Assembly (NCBI RefSeq): GCF_009914755.1
Contig: NC_060935.1
Length of the DNA stretch: 64,000 bases
Source: the human T2T-CHM13v2.0 reference genome, Homo sapiens
Reading direction: 5' to 3' (one strand)
The position numbers were made by a program, and so were the translations under genes. Of this stretch, positions 1-58,845 are shown piece by piece. Each line of letters begins with the position of its first letter. The first letter of the stretch is position 1. The notes under the pieces were generated by a model. The model searched no databases. It was not told where the DNA came from and was given only the letters and a program-made list of their open reading frames with translations.

Positions 1-5
1 AACTA

Positions 6-16051
<16,046 letters not shown>

Positions 16052-16321
16052 CTTGTGCAGAGTTTGCTCCTTGACCCCAAACCTCCCGCCCCATCGCGCG
16101 CGCTCAGCCACGTATCCTAGTTCCCGCCCCTTCCGGCCTTATGATTGGTTCGACCTGAGCGCCGCCGGGCAGCTGTCTCATTGGTAGAGTGCGCACTCCA
16201 AATTATCGCAGGGGGCGGGGCTTCAGGCCAGGGGCGGGAACGTCCAGAGCCAGGCGCTGTCAGACTTTGCACGCTCTCAGCATGACAGAAGCACTGGACT
16301 GGTTTTCTCAAGTTGGCAAAT

Positions 16322-16327
16322 TTTATT
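16322..16327 (-). terminator. INTS5 poly(A) signal AATAAA
   Basis: tttatt on the plus strand, about 145 nt after the INTS5 stop. Confidence 0.8.
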
Positions 16328-16471
16328 TAGAAAAAAAAAAGTGGGAGAGAAAAAAGTGACAGCGCTCTTTAGACCAAGGACTTAGAAGAGAAACCTCCAC
16401 CCTTCCGGAGCACGTTAGTCCCTTCCCTCTCTCACTGCTCAACCTCCCTGGGCTTCCAGAGCAAGAAAAGG

Positions 16472-22702
<6,231 letters not shown>

Positions 22703-23024
22703 CCCGGAGCCCGAGCCGAGCCCGAGGCGCGAGCGGCGGAGCGCAGGCGGCGCATGCGCGCTGACAGGAAACGCGAAAGGAACCAGCTACCAGGCCTCGC
22801 AGGAAAATTAATCCGGCGATGTCCTCGACCCTCTTACATTAGTTCCGCACCCTGTCGGAGTCCCAGAGCATAATCCCGGGACGATGATAGCAGGAAGCCG
22901 ATTCGCCCTATATGCAACCACTTTATTCAAAAGCCTATTGACATACAGACTAGGCCGGGCGCGGTGGCTCACGCCTGTAAACCCAGCACTTTGAGAGCCC
23001 GAGAGGGCGGATCACCTGAGGTCA

Positions 23025-23314
<290 letters not shown>

Positions 23315-23358
23315 TCATTTTTCCTAACGCCAAAAATACAAAATGTTCAACTCAGGAC

Positions 23359-23671
<313 letters not shown>

Positions 23672-23749
23672 TCAACTCAGGACTTTAAAAAAATGAAGCA
23701 TAGGAAGGTTTTTTTGTTGGTGGTGTTGTTGTTATTGTTGTTTATTTTG

Positions 23750-32090
<8,341 letters not shown>

Positions 32091-32249
32091 GCACCACCAC
32101 TCTTGAGGGCAGAGGCTGGCATCTTGTTGCATTTGCACAAGGAAGCTGTGGGTACTGCTTCCTCACTGTCTTGTTTCCATACTCCCCAATCTTTTCATGA
32201 CCCATCCCCATTCCTACATTTAATCACACACATCTCAGAGTGCTAGGGC

Positions 32250-32255
32250 TTTATT
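32250..32255 (-). terminator. Shared poly(A) signal of C11orf98 and LBHD1
   Basis: tttatt about 210 nt after the C11orf98 stop. Confidence 0.75.
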
Positions 32256-32467
32256 ACAAATGGAGTTGACTGCTAGAGAGGCCCTTCTCCAATCTTTCTT
32301 CTGTACCTTCTTCCCTCCCAAAGACATCCCTCTAGGGGAGGTCAGTAGGCCATTAGGTAGGAGGAAATCTGGAGAGTGAAAAGGGGCCTTGCTTTTGTCA
32401 AAGTCCTCTGAAACAACCACTGAGTCTGAAGGCTGGCTCCAGTTGAGAATCTTCTAGTGGAAGAGGT

Positions 32468-39482
<7,015 letters not shown>

Positions 39483-40057
39483 TCAGAGGAGAGTACTGCT
39501 GCCCAGTGCACCCCACAAACTGTTCCTTTAATCTTCTTTGGAGCCTGGCCCCTTAAGCACCGACTGTGCTAAGCGATTATACGCTTTCAGGGCAGGGGAA
39601 AATGCCCAAGAGGTGAGATAGGATCTTTATTTCTACTTACTCCCTGGAGACACTGGGATGGCAACAAGGGTAGGAGACAAGGGCACCTGGATTAAAGCCC
39701 TGTGGGCCAAGAGTTGTGATAACCAACTTGGAATTTCCTGACTCCTATGCTTACTGATTTTTCCCAACCTGGTATGTTTGTATGTTATTTAATGAATATT
39801 TATATGGTGTTTACTCTTTGGCAGGAGCTGTTTTAATTGCTTTACATATAACTAATTTAATTATCCTAAAACTGTGAGACAAGTACTGTTGTTATAAGCT
39901 TCATTTTCTGATGCAGAAACCGGGGCACAAGAACTTGCCTATAATCAGTCACACAGCTAAGAGGTGTTTTCTTCTGTAAAGCAGAATTCAGTATGTTACA
40001 CGAATCCAGCCTTTTAGTGGTTGAAAACAAAGCAAAACAGCCGGGCGCGGTGGCTCA

Positions 40058-40636
<579 letters not shown>

Positions 40637-40759
40637 TTAAAGATAAGTAACTATTACCCATTTCTCCAACCAGTATACTTGACTTTGAGTGTTTGTTCCA
40701 GAGTTGAGGGGATGGAGAGGGATGTGTATGTGTGTAGATGCCCTCCATGCGCTGTGTTG

Positions 40760-41870
40760 AAAACTCGCGGGTGACTGCAGGAAACCACAGAGCACAGCTC
40801 GGGCCTCTACTGATCGGGAAACGTCGGAAGACAGAAAAATGGGCAATCATAAAACCCACGGCAACCATGAAGACACGCACTCTCCCCCTAGCAATCCCAC
40901 CCCGGAATTGAGGACACAGGGTCCCCGCGCTCAGCCCTTGGTGCCAGCACTTCTTGGACACCTCAACCCCCTCAGCTAAACCTGAGATCCAAGCGCTCCG
41001 GATTCCAAACGTTTCCTCGAGCAGGTCCTCTCTAGCCGGCCGCTTATCTATGGTTTCTGCTATAGGGCGCTCTAGCCTGCGCCAAGGGGTAGTGAGACCG
41101 CGCGGCAACAGCTTGCGGCTGCGGGGAGCTCCCGTGGGCGCTCCGCTGGCTGTGCAGGCGGCCATGGATTCCTTGCGGAAAATGCTGATCTCAGTCGCAA
41201 TGCTGGGCGCAGGGGCTGGCGTGGGCTACGCGCTCCTCGTTATCGTGACCCCGGGAGAGCGGCGGAAGCAGGAAATGCTAAAGGTAGAAGCAACTGGTAG
41301 TCCCGAGGAAGGGTGGGCGGGTGGAGAGCCCCGGACTGGAGCTCCTGCGAACTCCCCTTCCTGCCCTCAGGAGATGCCACTGCAGGACCCAAGGAGCAGG
41401 GAGGAGGCGGCCAGGACCCAGCAGCTATTGCTGGCCACTCTGCAGGAGGCAGCGACCACGCAGGAGAACGTGGCCTGGAGGAAGAACTGGATGGTTGGCG
41501 GCGAAGGCGGCGCCAGCGGGAGGTCACCGTGAGACCGGACTTGCCTCCGTGGGCGCCGGACCTTGGCTTGGGCGCAGGAATCCGAGGCAGCCTTTCTCCT
41601 TCGTGGGCCCAGCGGAGAGTCCGGACCGAGATACCATGCCAGGACTCTCCGGGGTCCTGTGAGCTGCCGTCGGGTGAGCACGTTTCCCCCAAACCCTGGA
41701 CTGACTGCTTTAAGGTCCGCAAGGCGGGCCAGGGCCGAGACGCGAGTCGGATGTGGTGAACTGAAAGAACCAATAAAATCATGTTCCTCCACCCAGAATG
41801 AGCCCTGCAGTCGACACCTACCAATGCTTAGAGACGCGTGGTCGGTGCTGGGGGCGCGGCCTGGAGCTGC
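40760..41870. promoter_or_regulatory. CpG island shared by UQCC3 (+) and the likely LBHD1 (-) 5' end
   Basis: High CpG density. A candidate LBHD1 non-coding exon donor TGG|GTAATA lies at 40658 and the acceptor at 39460-39461. Confidence 0.6.
41164..41532 (+). CDS. UQCC3: Complex III assembly factor 3 (C11orf83), 93 aa; exons 41164-41283 and 41371-41532
   Basis: GCCATGG Kozak; TM segment ISVAMLGAGAGVGYALLVIV; AAG|GTAG and CTCAG|GAG junctions; 282 nt; AATAAA at 41772-41777. Confidence 0.95.
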   Translation: MDSLRKMLISVAMLGAGAGVGYALLVIVTPGERRKQEMLKVEATGSPEEGWAGGEPRTGAPANSPSCPQEMPLQDPRSREEAARTQQLLLATLQEAATTQENVAWRKNWMVGGEGGASGRSP

Positions 41871-42105
41871 TGCCTGTCCCACCCCACCAGAAGAGGCTGA
41901 TCCCGATAGGTATCTGACCACATTTTTTTTTTTTTTTTTTTTTGAGACGGAGTCAATGTCACCCAGGCTGGAGTGCAGTGGCACGATCTCGGCTCACTGC
42001 AACCTCCGCCCCTGGGTTCCAGCAATTCTCCTGCCTCAGCTTCCCGAGTAGCCGGGATCACAAGTGCGCGCCACCAAGCCCAGCTAACTTTTGTGTTTTT
42101 AGTAG

Positions 42106-42450
<345 letters not shown>

Positions 42451-43104
42451 TGACCTCAGGCAGTTCACCCGTCTCAGCCTCCCAAAGTGCTGGGATTAGA
42501 GGCGTGAGCCACTGCGCCCGGCCAACCACATTTTCAAAACAGGTCATGTGGTGTCAGGTTGGAGTGTACTTCCAGGGATAACCGTGGGACATTCTTGAAA
42601 TCTGAACTATCCTGGGAAGTCTTGAAGTAATGGATGCCTATAGTGGACACTCAGGACTCCTGTCCTTGGAGCGAGATTGGAGGGGCATCTAGCACTTAAC
42701 ATATGCCACAATGCTTTCTGTGGCCATTATTTAACCTCTGGTTAAACAAGCTTAGGAGGCTGACTTACTAGTAGTAAAAGGAGTGTGCTTTGAGTCACAG
42801 ATCCTGGTTGAACTCCAGCATGTTACAAACCTCAGCCCTGTTCTATGAAAGGTCATAACTACGAGGATTATTGTAAAACATTAATTTAGAAATGTAAAGT
42901 GGTCCCCAATCTCTGGATCTGGTCAGGATTTATTGGAGCTGCCACTGAGGGGATTAAATAAGTGGGGTCAAAGCCCCACAGCCTAGTCAACCAAGTTGCT
43001 CCTCTTTTGTCTATCCTGTGGTTCCCAAGCAAGACTGCAATTGAAAAAAAGGCTGCTGTTATTAAAGTCAGAACACCAAATAAAGCTTTTTTTTTTTTTT
43101 TTGA

Positions 43105-43389
<285 letters not shown>

Positions 43390-43593
43390 TAAAGCTTTCT
43401 AACACTGGGGTGTAAACCCAGATATAAGTATTGGTGCTCTTTTCAGCTGCTGGAACACATGTTACATGTGATCTTTACAGAGTAACTGTGGCCTTTCTCC
43501 TAGTCCAGGAAGGAGTGGAGTCAGGAGCAGTTTGACAGGACAGCAGGGTGGGGTGATCAGCAGCCAGAGGGACTATCATAGATAAGCTCATCA

Positions 43594-43851
<258 letters not shown>

Positions 43852-44264
43852 TTAGCCCAGCATTTTGGGAGGCTGAGACAGGTGGATCTTGAGGTCAGGA
43901 GTTCAAGACCAGCCTGGCCAACATGGTGAAACCCCATCTCTACTAAAAAATACAAAGAATTAGCTGGGTGTGGTGGCACACACCTGCAATCCCAGCTACT
44001 CGAGAGGCTGAGGCAGAATTGCTTGAACCCGGCAGACGTTGGTTATAATGAGCCGAGATTGCACCACTGTACTACAGCCTGGGATCTAGAGCAAGACTCC
44101 ACCTCAAATAAGTAAATAAAATTATCCTTTTAGTAGCTAATGCTTACTGGGGACTTATTAGGTACCAGGCACTATGCTAAAGCATCTTATACCAGCATTA
44201 TGTAACCCTCATGACAATCCCAAGAAATAGGCACTATTCCTATTCTATTAAGAAGCTAGGTTTT

Positions 44265-45372
<1,108 letters not shown>

Positions 45373-45397
45373 GCAGCAGGCCGGGCGTGGTGGCTCA

Positions 45398-45799
<402 letters not shown>

Positions 45800-46009
45800 T
45801 TACAAACAAGTGTCTTTGTTGGAAACTAAAGATGAGGAAGAGGGTCTACTGTTCCGTTTTAGCCTCTTCCTCTGCCTTAGTTTTGTCCCTCCCAGCCATT
45901 CAGGAAGGAGTCAGGCATGTACAGAACTCAGGGTCTATTTATTAGGAAGGAGATGTCAGTGCTTTATCAAAGATGAAGGGGTCACAGAGGGACAATGGGA
46001 CAAAGGCCC

Positions 46010-48343
46010 TCAGCTGGGACATTTCTTGGCCACAATGAGAACAGCAGAAGGCACGAGTCCTGAAGATGGAAGAAAACAGGCTTGAACCACAAGGATACTT
46101 GGTTTTTGCTCCCAAAATTCCTGGCCTTGCACCATGTTCACAAAGCCCCTTCTCTTTGCATCCCTCCTTTTCCTAGGCATGCCTCCCTACTCCCCCAGTT
46201 TCTAGTCCTGGTTTCTAGTCTTGCAGCCATACCCAGCTCCTGCAGAGGCCGCTCCATGTCAGCTTCTGAGAAGGCCCGTCTGGGGAAGCCACTGAGCAAT
46301 TGCACAGGGTCCTGGCCCCCACCTAGTTCCTCCCCACGGTGGAGCTCCACATAGAGCCTCACAGCTGCCAGCTGTTCCCGGGCCCGGAACGTCTGGGTCA
46401 GTGAGGTCCCATCTGGCAGCCTGACCTAAAGGGCAAGGGAGATACTCAGTATTGTGGGCATCAAAACTGAATGAGGTGCCCAAGTAAGGAAAAGAGCTAA
46501 AGCTGGGCCCCCTTCTTCTTAGATTGAACCAGCACAACTACTATTTAAAGCACCAAATGAACAGCCACTTAGGCTCCGCTTTACTAAGTGCGGATGAGAG
46601 ACTCCCAGCTCCCTCACAACCTAAGAAAGACAAGGATAAGATTATACAAAAGAATCTGGATAAATACCACATCACCAGATAGCTACATAATAAACCAAAT
46701 AAAAACATGAACAAGTAAAAGGGTAACTGCTGAGTAAGAGAGAGGGATGGGTTTAAATACAACTGGGGCAGGTGAAATTTGATACCTTTCCCAAGAGTAG
46801 AGATAGGATTTCAAAAGTCATTTACAAAGAAGGGAGAGATTTGGCAAAGGGCACGTTAACTGAAAAAAGCTCTGAGCTGGGCACCTTAACACGGAACAAA
46901 GGGGTCCCAAGAGGAAGATAAGAATTAGAATCAGTACCTGTATGCGACACTGGTCATACTCCCGCTTGGTGGGAGGCTCCTGGCTGGGAGAAGAGGGAAC
47001 AGGACCTGGCTCTGGTGCCACTGGGGGTGGCTGAGAGCCCACACTGCCACCATACTAAAGGGCAAAGTAAAACAGTCAATCAGGTACTCACCCATCCTCA
47101 GGTGAAACAGATCATATAAGCCCATGCTTTCCCTCTGAAGCTGGAAAAGATTTACTAACCTGCCCACTCCATTACCCGTGGCGTCTTCTCAGTCACCTAC
47201 CTTCTTGGCTCTCTCTGCTTTGTCCCTCTCGATCTTTTCTCTAACTCTTTGTCTGAAATGTAGACAAGAAGAAATTAGGTCAGACATCAACAAAGCAAAT
47301 CTTGATTTCTTTCTCATCTGCTATCCATCATTTCCCCTGCCCAGACCTGGCTGCTAACTCCTCGGCCTTTTCCCTCCGCCTCTCCTCAGCAGCCCGGCGC
47401 ATCTCATCTTCCTGTAGCCGCTGTCGTGCTGCTGACAACTCTTGCCCTTGTCTCCTGCGCTGCCGTTCCCGTTCCAATGCCTCCCGTTCCTCTCTTTCTT
47501 CACGCTCCCGCTGCTTCTGGGCCACCAGCTCCAACATCCTGTGTTGCCGAGGGAAAACAGTTCAAGAGAAATGGACAGAGTGGGAAGGTGTAAAGTTTAC
47601 AATAAACAAAATTAGGCGACATATATCCCAAAGTAGATTAAAGGAAAAGAAAATGCCAAGAAAGAGGAAATGTGGAAAGGTCAAGGTTCTTTGACCAGAC
47701 GTGTACTGGGGAGAGATGGAAGACGACCCTCAGACACGTGAGATTGTTGTTACTGTACCTCTTAGTTTGTTCCTGTCTTTCCTCTTCACTCAAAGCGGGT
47801 TTGCCTTCTCCGGCAGCAGAACCAGATCCTACAAACAAACAATCGGTATTATTATCCCTTCAGATTCTCCTCGGACCCTCCTGAATAATCACACCGTGGA
47901 CCCTCAGTCAGGACCTTCAAGGCCGCCTTGCTCTGAGGAAGTGGGCTCCCGTCCCAGGATATGTCCAAGGGGAGTCTCTAAAGGCTCGTCCACATCGGGG
48001 TCGTCTTCGTGCTCCATCAGCCTGGCAGGGAAAGTGGGCGGGGAGGTTAGCTTTGAGGCTGCCCCTCCCGCCAGCCCCCAATTCTCCGCCACCCGGGACG
48101 AGCGCTTACCAGTCCATCGCAGCCTCGATGCCCTGGTTCCCTGTGAGGGCCAGAGCCTTCTCCCTGGGGGCAGAAACACCATGAATAGCGCCCACGAGCC
48201 ATGGTGACGGTCAGGCTGGGGCAAAGGCCGAGACAGGTCCGCGACCCCCCACACCCGCAGGCCGGGGTTGGGGAACTCCCTTACGCGCGTCCCCTGGGGA
48301 AGCCCATCTCGATGAGACTCTCAAGAGCCGTCAGCTCCGCCAT
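46010..48343 (-). CDS. UBXN1: UBX domain protein 1 (SAKS1), 297 aa; exons 48285-48343, 48110-48163, 47915-48021, 47759-47828, 47347-47538, 47201-47252, 46938-47054, 46233-46425, 46010-46059
   Basis: UBA start [39 protein letters not shown], coiled coil, UBX domain (CRIQVRLPDG...GFPRR...[10 protein letters not shown]); 894 nt; AATAAA at 45938-45943. Confidence 0.96.
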
Positions 48344-48379
48344 GGCGCCGACACCGCGGCTTCCGCGGGGACCTGGTGT

Positions 48380-48720
48380 GTGACGAGAAGGAGGGCGGGA
48401 AGGGTCAGCGCGAGGCAACCCGCCCTCGACACCCGCCGACGGGCGCTCGCTCTCTCACCCGGCTCTATAGCAGCCGGGAACACCGACGAGAAGAAAGCCG
48501 AGGGGAAGCGGAAGTGCCGGATCTGTTTGGGTCACGTGGGGGCGGATGTCGACGGGTGCCGCTGAGAACCATAAAACTTCTGGCCCTGCTGCCAGGACTT
48601 TCCGTGGGTGGGAACAGGGAGGCAACCCACCAAGCCAAGGCGCCAGGCTGCTGTGGGGAAGAAAGCTGGTGCGGCTCTGAAACCCGTGGGCGGAATGAAG
48701 CCAGTTCCCGGAACTTCATC
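48380..48720 (-). promoter_or_regulatory. UBXN1 CpG-island promoter and non-coding exon 1
   Basis: Donor at 48457-48458, acceptor at 48373-48374; ETS GCGGAAGTG at ~48508; E-box GTCACGTG at ~48532. Confidence 0.7.
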
Positions 48721-49116
48721 CTGCCTCACCCTCCTTAGAAATTAGAAGGAATATGGTCCCTTAGCGCAATGCTTTGGGAAGTTCTTTGGCAATGTTTGCC
48801 AGGAGCAGAAGAAATGTGCTTGCTCTTTGGCCCACTCATTCTCCTTAGGGAATTGAGCCATCCTCTGCCTGACTGCCAAAGGGATTTTTGCAAAACACAA
48901 TCATGTAGTCCTGTCTTCACCTCCCTGCTTAAAAATCCGTGACACTTCCACCATCTAGGACAACTTACTTTTTTTTTTATTTTTTATTTTTGAGATGGAG
49001 TTTCACTCTTGTTGCCCAGACTGGAGTGCAATAGTGCAGTGGCGCGATCTCTGCTCACTGCAGCCTCCGCTTCCCGGGTCAAGCATTTCTCCTGCCTCAG
49101 CCTCCCGGATAGCTGA

Positions 49117-49371
<255 letters not shown>

Positions 49372-49392
49372 TGAACTCCTGACCTCATATGA

Positions 49393-49997
<605 letters not shown>

Positions 49998-50757
49998 TGA
50001 ACTCCTGACCTCATGATCCACCCACCTTGGCCTCCCAGAGTGCTGGGATTACAGGTGTGAGCCACCGCGCCCGGCCTAATTTTTCTATTTTTTGTAGAGA
50101 CGGGGTTTCGCCATATTGGCCAGGCTGGTCTCCAACCCCTGAGCTCAAGTGATCCACCTGCCTCGCCCTCCCAAAGTGCTAAGATTAAAGGCGTGAGCTA
50201 CATACTCGGCCATCTGGGACAACTTAAATGCTAGTGGTCTGACTTCCTTCTGCGCCCACCTTGGCTTTTTTTGCGGGGAGGGGGGTTAGAACCCCCTCTC
50301 AAGTGGAGATCACAATAGCACCTACTTTGGTGCCTGGCAAGGCAGAGTATGTAAATGCTGGTAGTTATTGTGCAGTTTCATCACCCACCACTTGAGGGTA
50401 AGCTGTGCATATTGCAAACCAGACTTCACCCTCCTCTTGGCCTGTGCACCAACCAGTCTCCGCCTAGGATGTCCTGTCTCTTCACTTAGTAAACTAACTC
50501 CCAGGAGTTTTTCAGGATTCAGGGTTTGCCTTCTAAGAAAAGCCTGCTTTGACCACTGCTGTCTGCCTTCCAGCTACAGTATTTAACCCATTAAGCATTT
50601 ATCCCCACTGCTGTGAGTCACTGTTGATTACTTTGTGCTCCACCACTACCCGGGCTGTTAGATTCCTGAAAGTGAAGCTCACTTTAAATGTTTATTAGAA
50701 GGTAGAGTAATAATGACAATAACAGTTACTGATATTGATAATATATGCACTAGAGAC

Positions 50758-50968
<211 letters not shown>

Positions 50969-51182
50969 TAGTAGAGAAGGGGTTTCATCATGTTGGCCAA
51001 GCTAATCTCGAACTTGTTACCTCAGGTGATCCACCTGCCTCGGCCTCCCAAAGTGCTGGGATTACAGGCGTGAGCCACCGTGCCCGGCCTGCTAGAGAAT
51101 TTTGTATGATTAATCCATATTTAATCATCACAACAATCCCTATGATGTAGAAGCTATTTTTAGTCACAAAAAAACAGACTCA

Positions 51183-51302
<120 letters not shown>

Positions 51303-51362
51303 TTAAAAAAACATAAAAATTAGCCGGGCATAGTTGCAGGCTCCTGTAATCTCAGCTACTCA

Positions 51363-51467
<105 letters not shown>

Positions 51468-51616
51468 TCAAGAAAAAAAAATAAAAAAACAAAAAACAGA
51501 CTCAGAAAGATGTTTTTTTTTTGGCCAGGCACGGTGGCTCACGCCTGTAATCCTAGCACTTTGGGAGGCTGAGGCGGGCAGATCATGAGGTCAGGAGTTC
51601 GAGACCATCCTGGCTA

Positions 51617-51898
<282 letters not shown>

Positions 51899-52066
51899 TC
51901 ACTGCAACCTCCTTCTCCCAGGCTCAAGCCATCCTTTCACCTCAGCCTCCCAAGTAGCATGTACCACACCTGGCTAACTTTTGTATTTTTATTATAGTAG
52001 AGGTAGGTTTCCGCTATGTTGCCCAGGCTGGTCTCGAACTTGTGAGCTCAAGCCATCCCCTGCCTT

Positions 52067-52200
52067 GTGCTGGAATTACAGGCGTGAGCCACCATGCCCA
52101 GTGCTGGAATTACAGGCGTGAGTGCTGTAATTACAGGCGTGAGTGCTGGAATTACAGGCGTGAGTGCTGGAATTACAGGTGTGAGCCACCATGCCCAGCC
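52067..52200 (+). repeat. Alu-derived minisatellite, 21-bp unit
   Basis: gtgctggaattacaggcgtga occurs about five times. Confidence 0.9.
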
Positions 52201-52574
52201 AAGATGAGATAATTTACCTAAAGTCACAAAGTAAATAACAAAACTAGGATTCAACCCAAGGCAGTGTGTGTTCTCTAAACCACTATGCTATGTTGCCTCT
52301 CCACGGTAGAGTGACAAGCATGGGCTTTATTTTTTTATTTTATTTATTTATTTTTTGAGACAGAGTCTCCGTCTCAAAAAATGAAATAAATAAATAGTAA
52401 TAATAATGAGATAGTATGACCTCTCGTTATTTGTAAATAAATGAATGCTAAGGAAGGCCGGGCACGGTGGCTCATGCCTATAATCCCAGCACTTTGGGAG
52501 GCTGAGGCGGGCGGATCACGAGGTCAGGAGATCCAGACCATCCTGGCTAACACAGTGAAACCCTGTCTCTACTA

Positions 52575-53090
<516 letters not shown>

Positions 53091-53140
53091 TGAGCCATTA
53101 AGCCCAGCCGGGATAACATAGTATTCTAAATTTATTGTAG

Positions 53141-53849
<709 letters not shown>

Positions 53850-54307
53850 TGAGCCACTGCGCCCAGCCCCGCCTTCTGGGTTCAAGCGATTCTCCTGCCT
53901 CAGCCTCCCGAGTAGCTGGGATTACAGGCGTGCACCACCATGCCCAGCTAATTTTGTATTTTTAGTAGAGACAGGGTTTCTCCATGCTGGTCAGGCTTGT
54001 CTTGAACTCCCAACCTCAGGTGATCCACCAGCCTTGGCCTCCCAAAGTCCTGGGATTACAGGCATGAGCCACTGCCCCCGTCCTGATTTTTAAATTTTTT
54101 GTACAGTTAAGGTTTTGATATTTTGCCCAAACTGGTTTTGAACCCCTGGTCTCAAGCGAGCCTCTTGTCTTAGCCTCCCAAAGTGTTGGGTACAGGCATA
54201 AGCCACTGCACTGGGCCATATTATTCAGTATTAATTGAAATTTGTATGTGTTACTTTTATCTTTAAAAAAAATTTTTTTTTTTTTTTGAGACGGAGTCTT
54301 GCTCTAG

Positions 54308-54695
<388 letters not shown>

Positions 54696-54817
54696 TGAGC
54701 CTTCCCAGTAGCTGGGATTACAGGTGCCTGCCACCATGCCCAGCTAATTTTTGTATTTTTAGTAGAGGCAGGGTTTCGCCTTGTTTGCCAGGCTGGTCTT
54801 GAACTGACATCAGGTGA

Positions 54818-55078
<261 letters not shown>

Positions 55079-55469
55079 TAGTAGAGACGGGGTTTCACCG
55101 TGTTAGCCAGGATGGTCTCGATCTCCTGACCTCATGATCTGCCCACCTCAGCCTTCCAAAGTGCTGGGATTACAGGCGTGAGCCACCACACCTGGCCCAT
55201 GTGTTACTTTTATAATTAAAAAAAGTTAGAATGGCCTGTAATCCCAGCACTTTGGGAGGCCAAGGGGGGTGAATCATTTGAGCCCAGGAGTTCAAGTCTA
55301 GCCTGAGCAAAATAGTGAGACCCCCCCATCTCTATAAAATATATACATATATATTATTTAAAAAGTTATAATATCCACACAGGTAAGGATTATACTGTGT
55401 AGTAACACAAAACAGACTTTTCTACATTCGTTTAATTAAAAAAAATTCAAGGCCGGGGGCGGTGGCTCA

Positions 55470-55820
<351 letters not shown>

Positions 55821-56016
55821 TTACTTCCTTTTAAAGGTCCTTTAATGTTGTTATAGTGGATATGCAATAAACACAAATGGAGGGTAAAAGGGGGGGGAAA
55901 TTCCTTGGTATTACTGTCGTTTTTGTTTTGTTTTACCTAGCAAGAATATAAACTTATTCTCAAAATCCTACTGAAGCCACTCACAGTGACAGAGCCATTT
56001 TTAGGGTGCATGACAT

Positions 56017-56985
<969 letters not shown>

Positions 56986-57210
56986 TCTATTCCTTCCCAG
57001 ACCTCAGCCAGGAAACAAAGCGCCAAGTACCGGACCTAAACAAGCGCTCAGTCCTGAGAACCATGACTCCGCCGTGGCCCTGGAGCCTGGGGCTGGCTCC
57101 CAGCTCGCCGTCCAGCCCTCCCTGGAGGCAGCGGGTTTTCCTCTTTCCCGGGGGCCAGGCTGAGCGCCCCAGGTGGGGCTGTCTGTGCCCGAGATGCCCC
57201 CAGGCCCCTT

Positions 57211-58071
<861 letters not shown>

Positions 58072-58845
58072 TCATTTGTCAACCAACTTCTGAGTCCAGG
58101 CTGTGTGCTTGGTTTCAGACAAAAAATAAAACATGATCTGACACATGAGACAGATGCATGATCAGCATGTGTTAAGTATTAGAAACAGTTAATGAATAAA
58201 CAAAGTGCTGAGGGAGAGAAGAGGAGGACATGATTTACTTAGCCCAGGGAAGAACGGTAGGATATTTACTAGCTGCCACCCAGAGAAAAGATCTAAGCAA
58301 AACAAGTAACAAAGCCGGGCCCCTAGGCTGATGCCTATAATCCCAACACTTTGGGGAAGTCAAGGCAAGAGGATTGCTTGAGGCCAGGATTCCAAACCAG
58401 CTGGGGCAACACAGAGAGACCCCATCTCTACAAAAATTAAAAAGTATTTAAAAATTATTAAAAAGTTAAAAAACATTAAAAATATACTGCACATGCCTGT
58501 GGTCCCTGCTACTCAGGAGGATCACTTGAGCCCAGGAGTTCAAGGCTGCAGTGAACCATGATCGCCCCACAACACTCCAGCCTGGGTGACAAGAGTGAGA
58601 CCTCAACTCAACAAAAACATGTATCCGTCAGTGACACAGGCAAAAACCCAGAAAGGAGACAGAGTTGAGAAAAGAGAACAGAATGGAGAAATATTGTAAG
58701 CACAGCTGTATTTTTTGAAAACAAGAGAAAAAAATAGGGACGCTGGAATCCTCCCTCCCCACCTGCTATCTGTGCAAATCCTGTCCAAGGAGTCCTGGCC
58801 CCTGCATGCCTCCCTCCTCCTCTCTGGCCCATAGCAGCTCCTCAC

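Noticed and set aside
16100-16200. Possible ERSE (CCAAT-N9-CCACG) in the GANAB promoter
   Set aside because: CCAAT boxes and a CCACG are present, but spacing and orientation fit neither ERSE nor ERSE-II.
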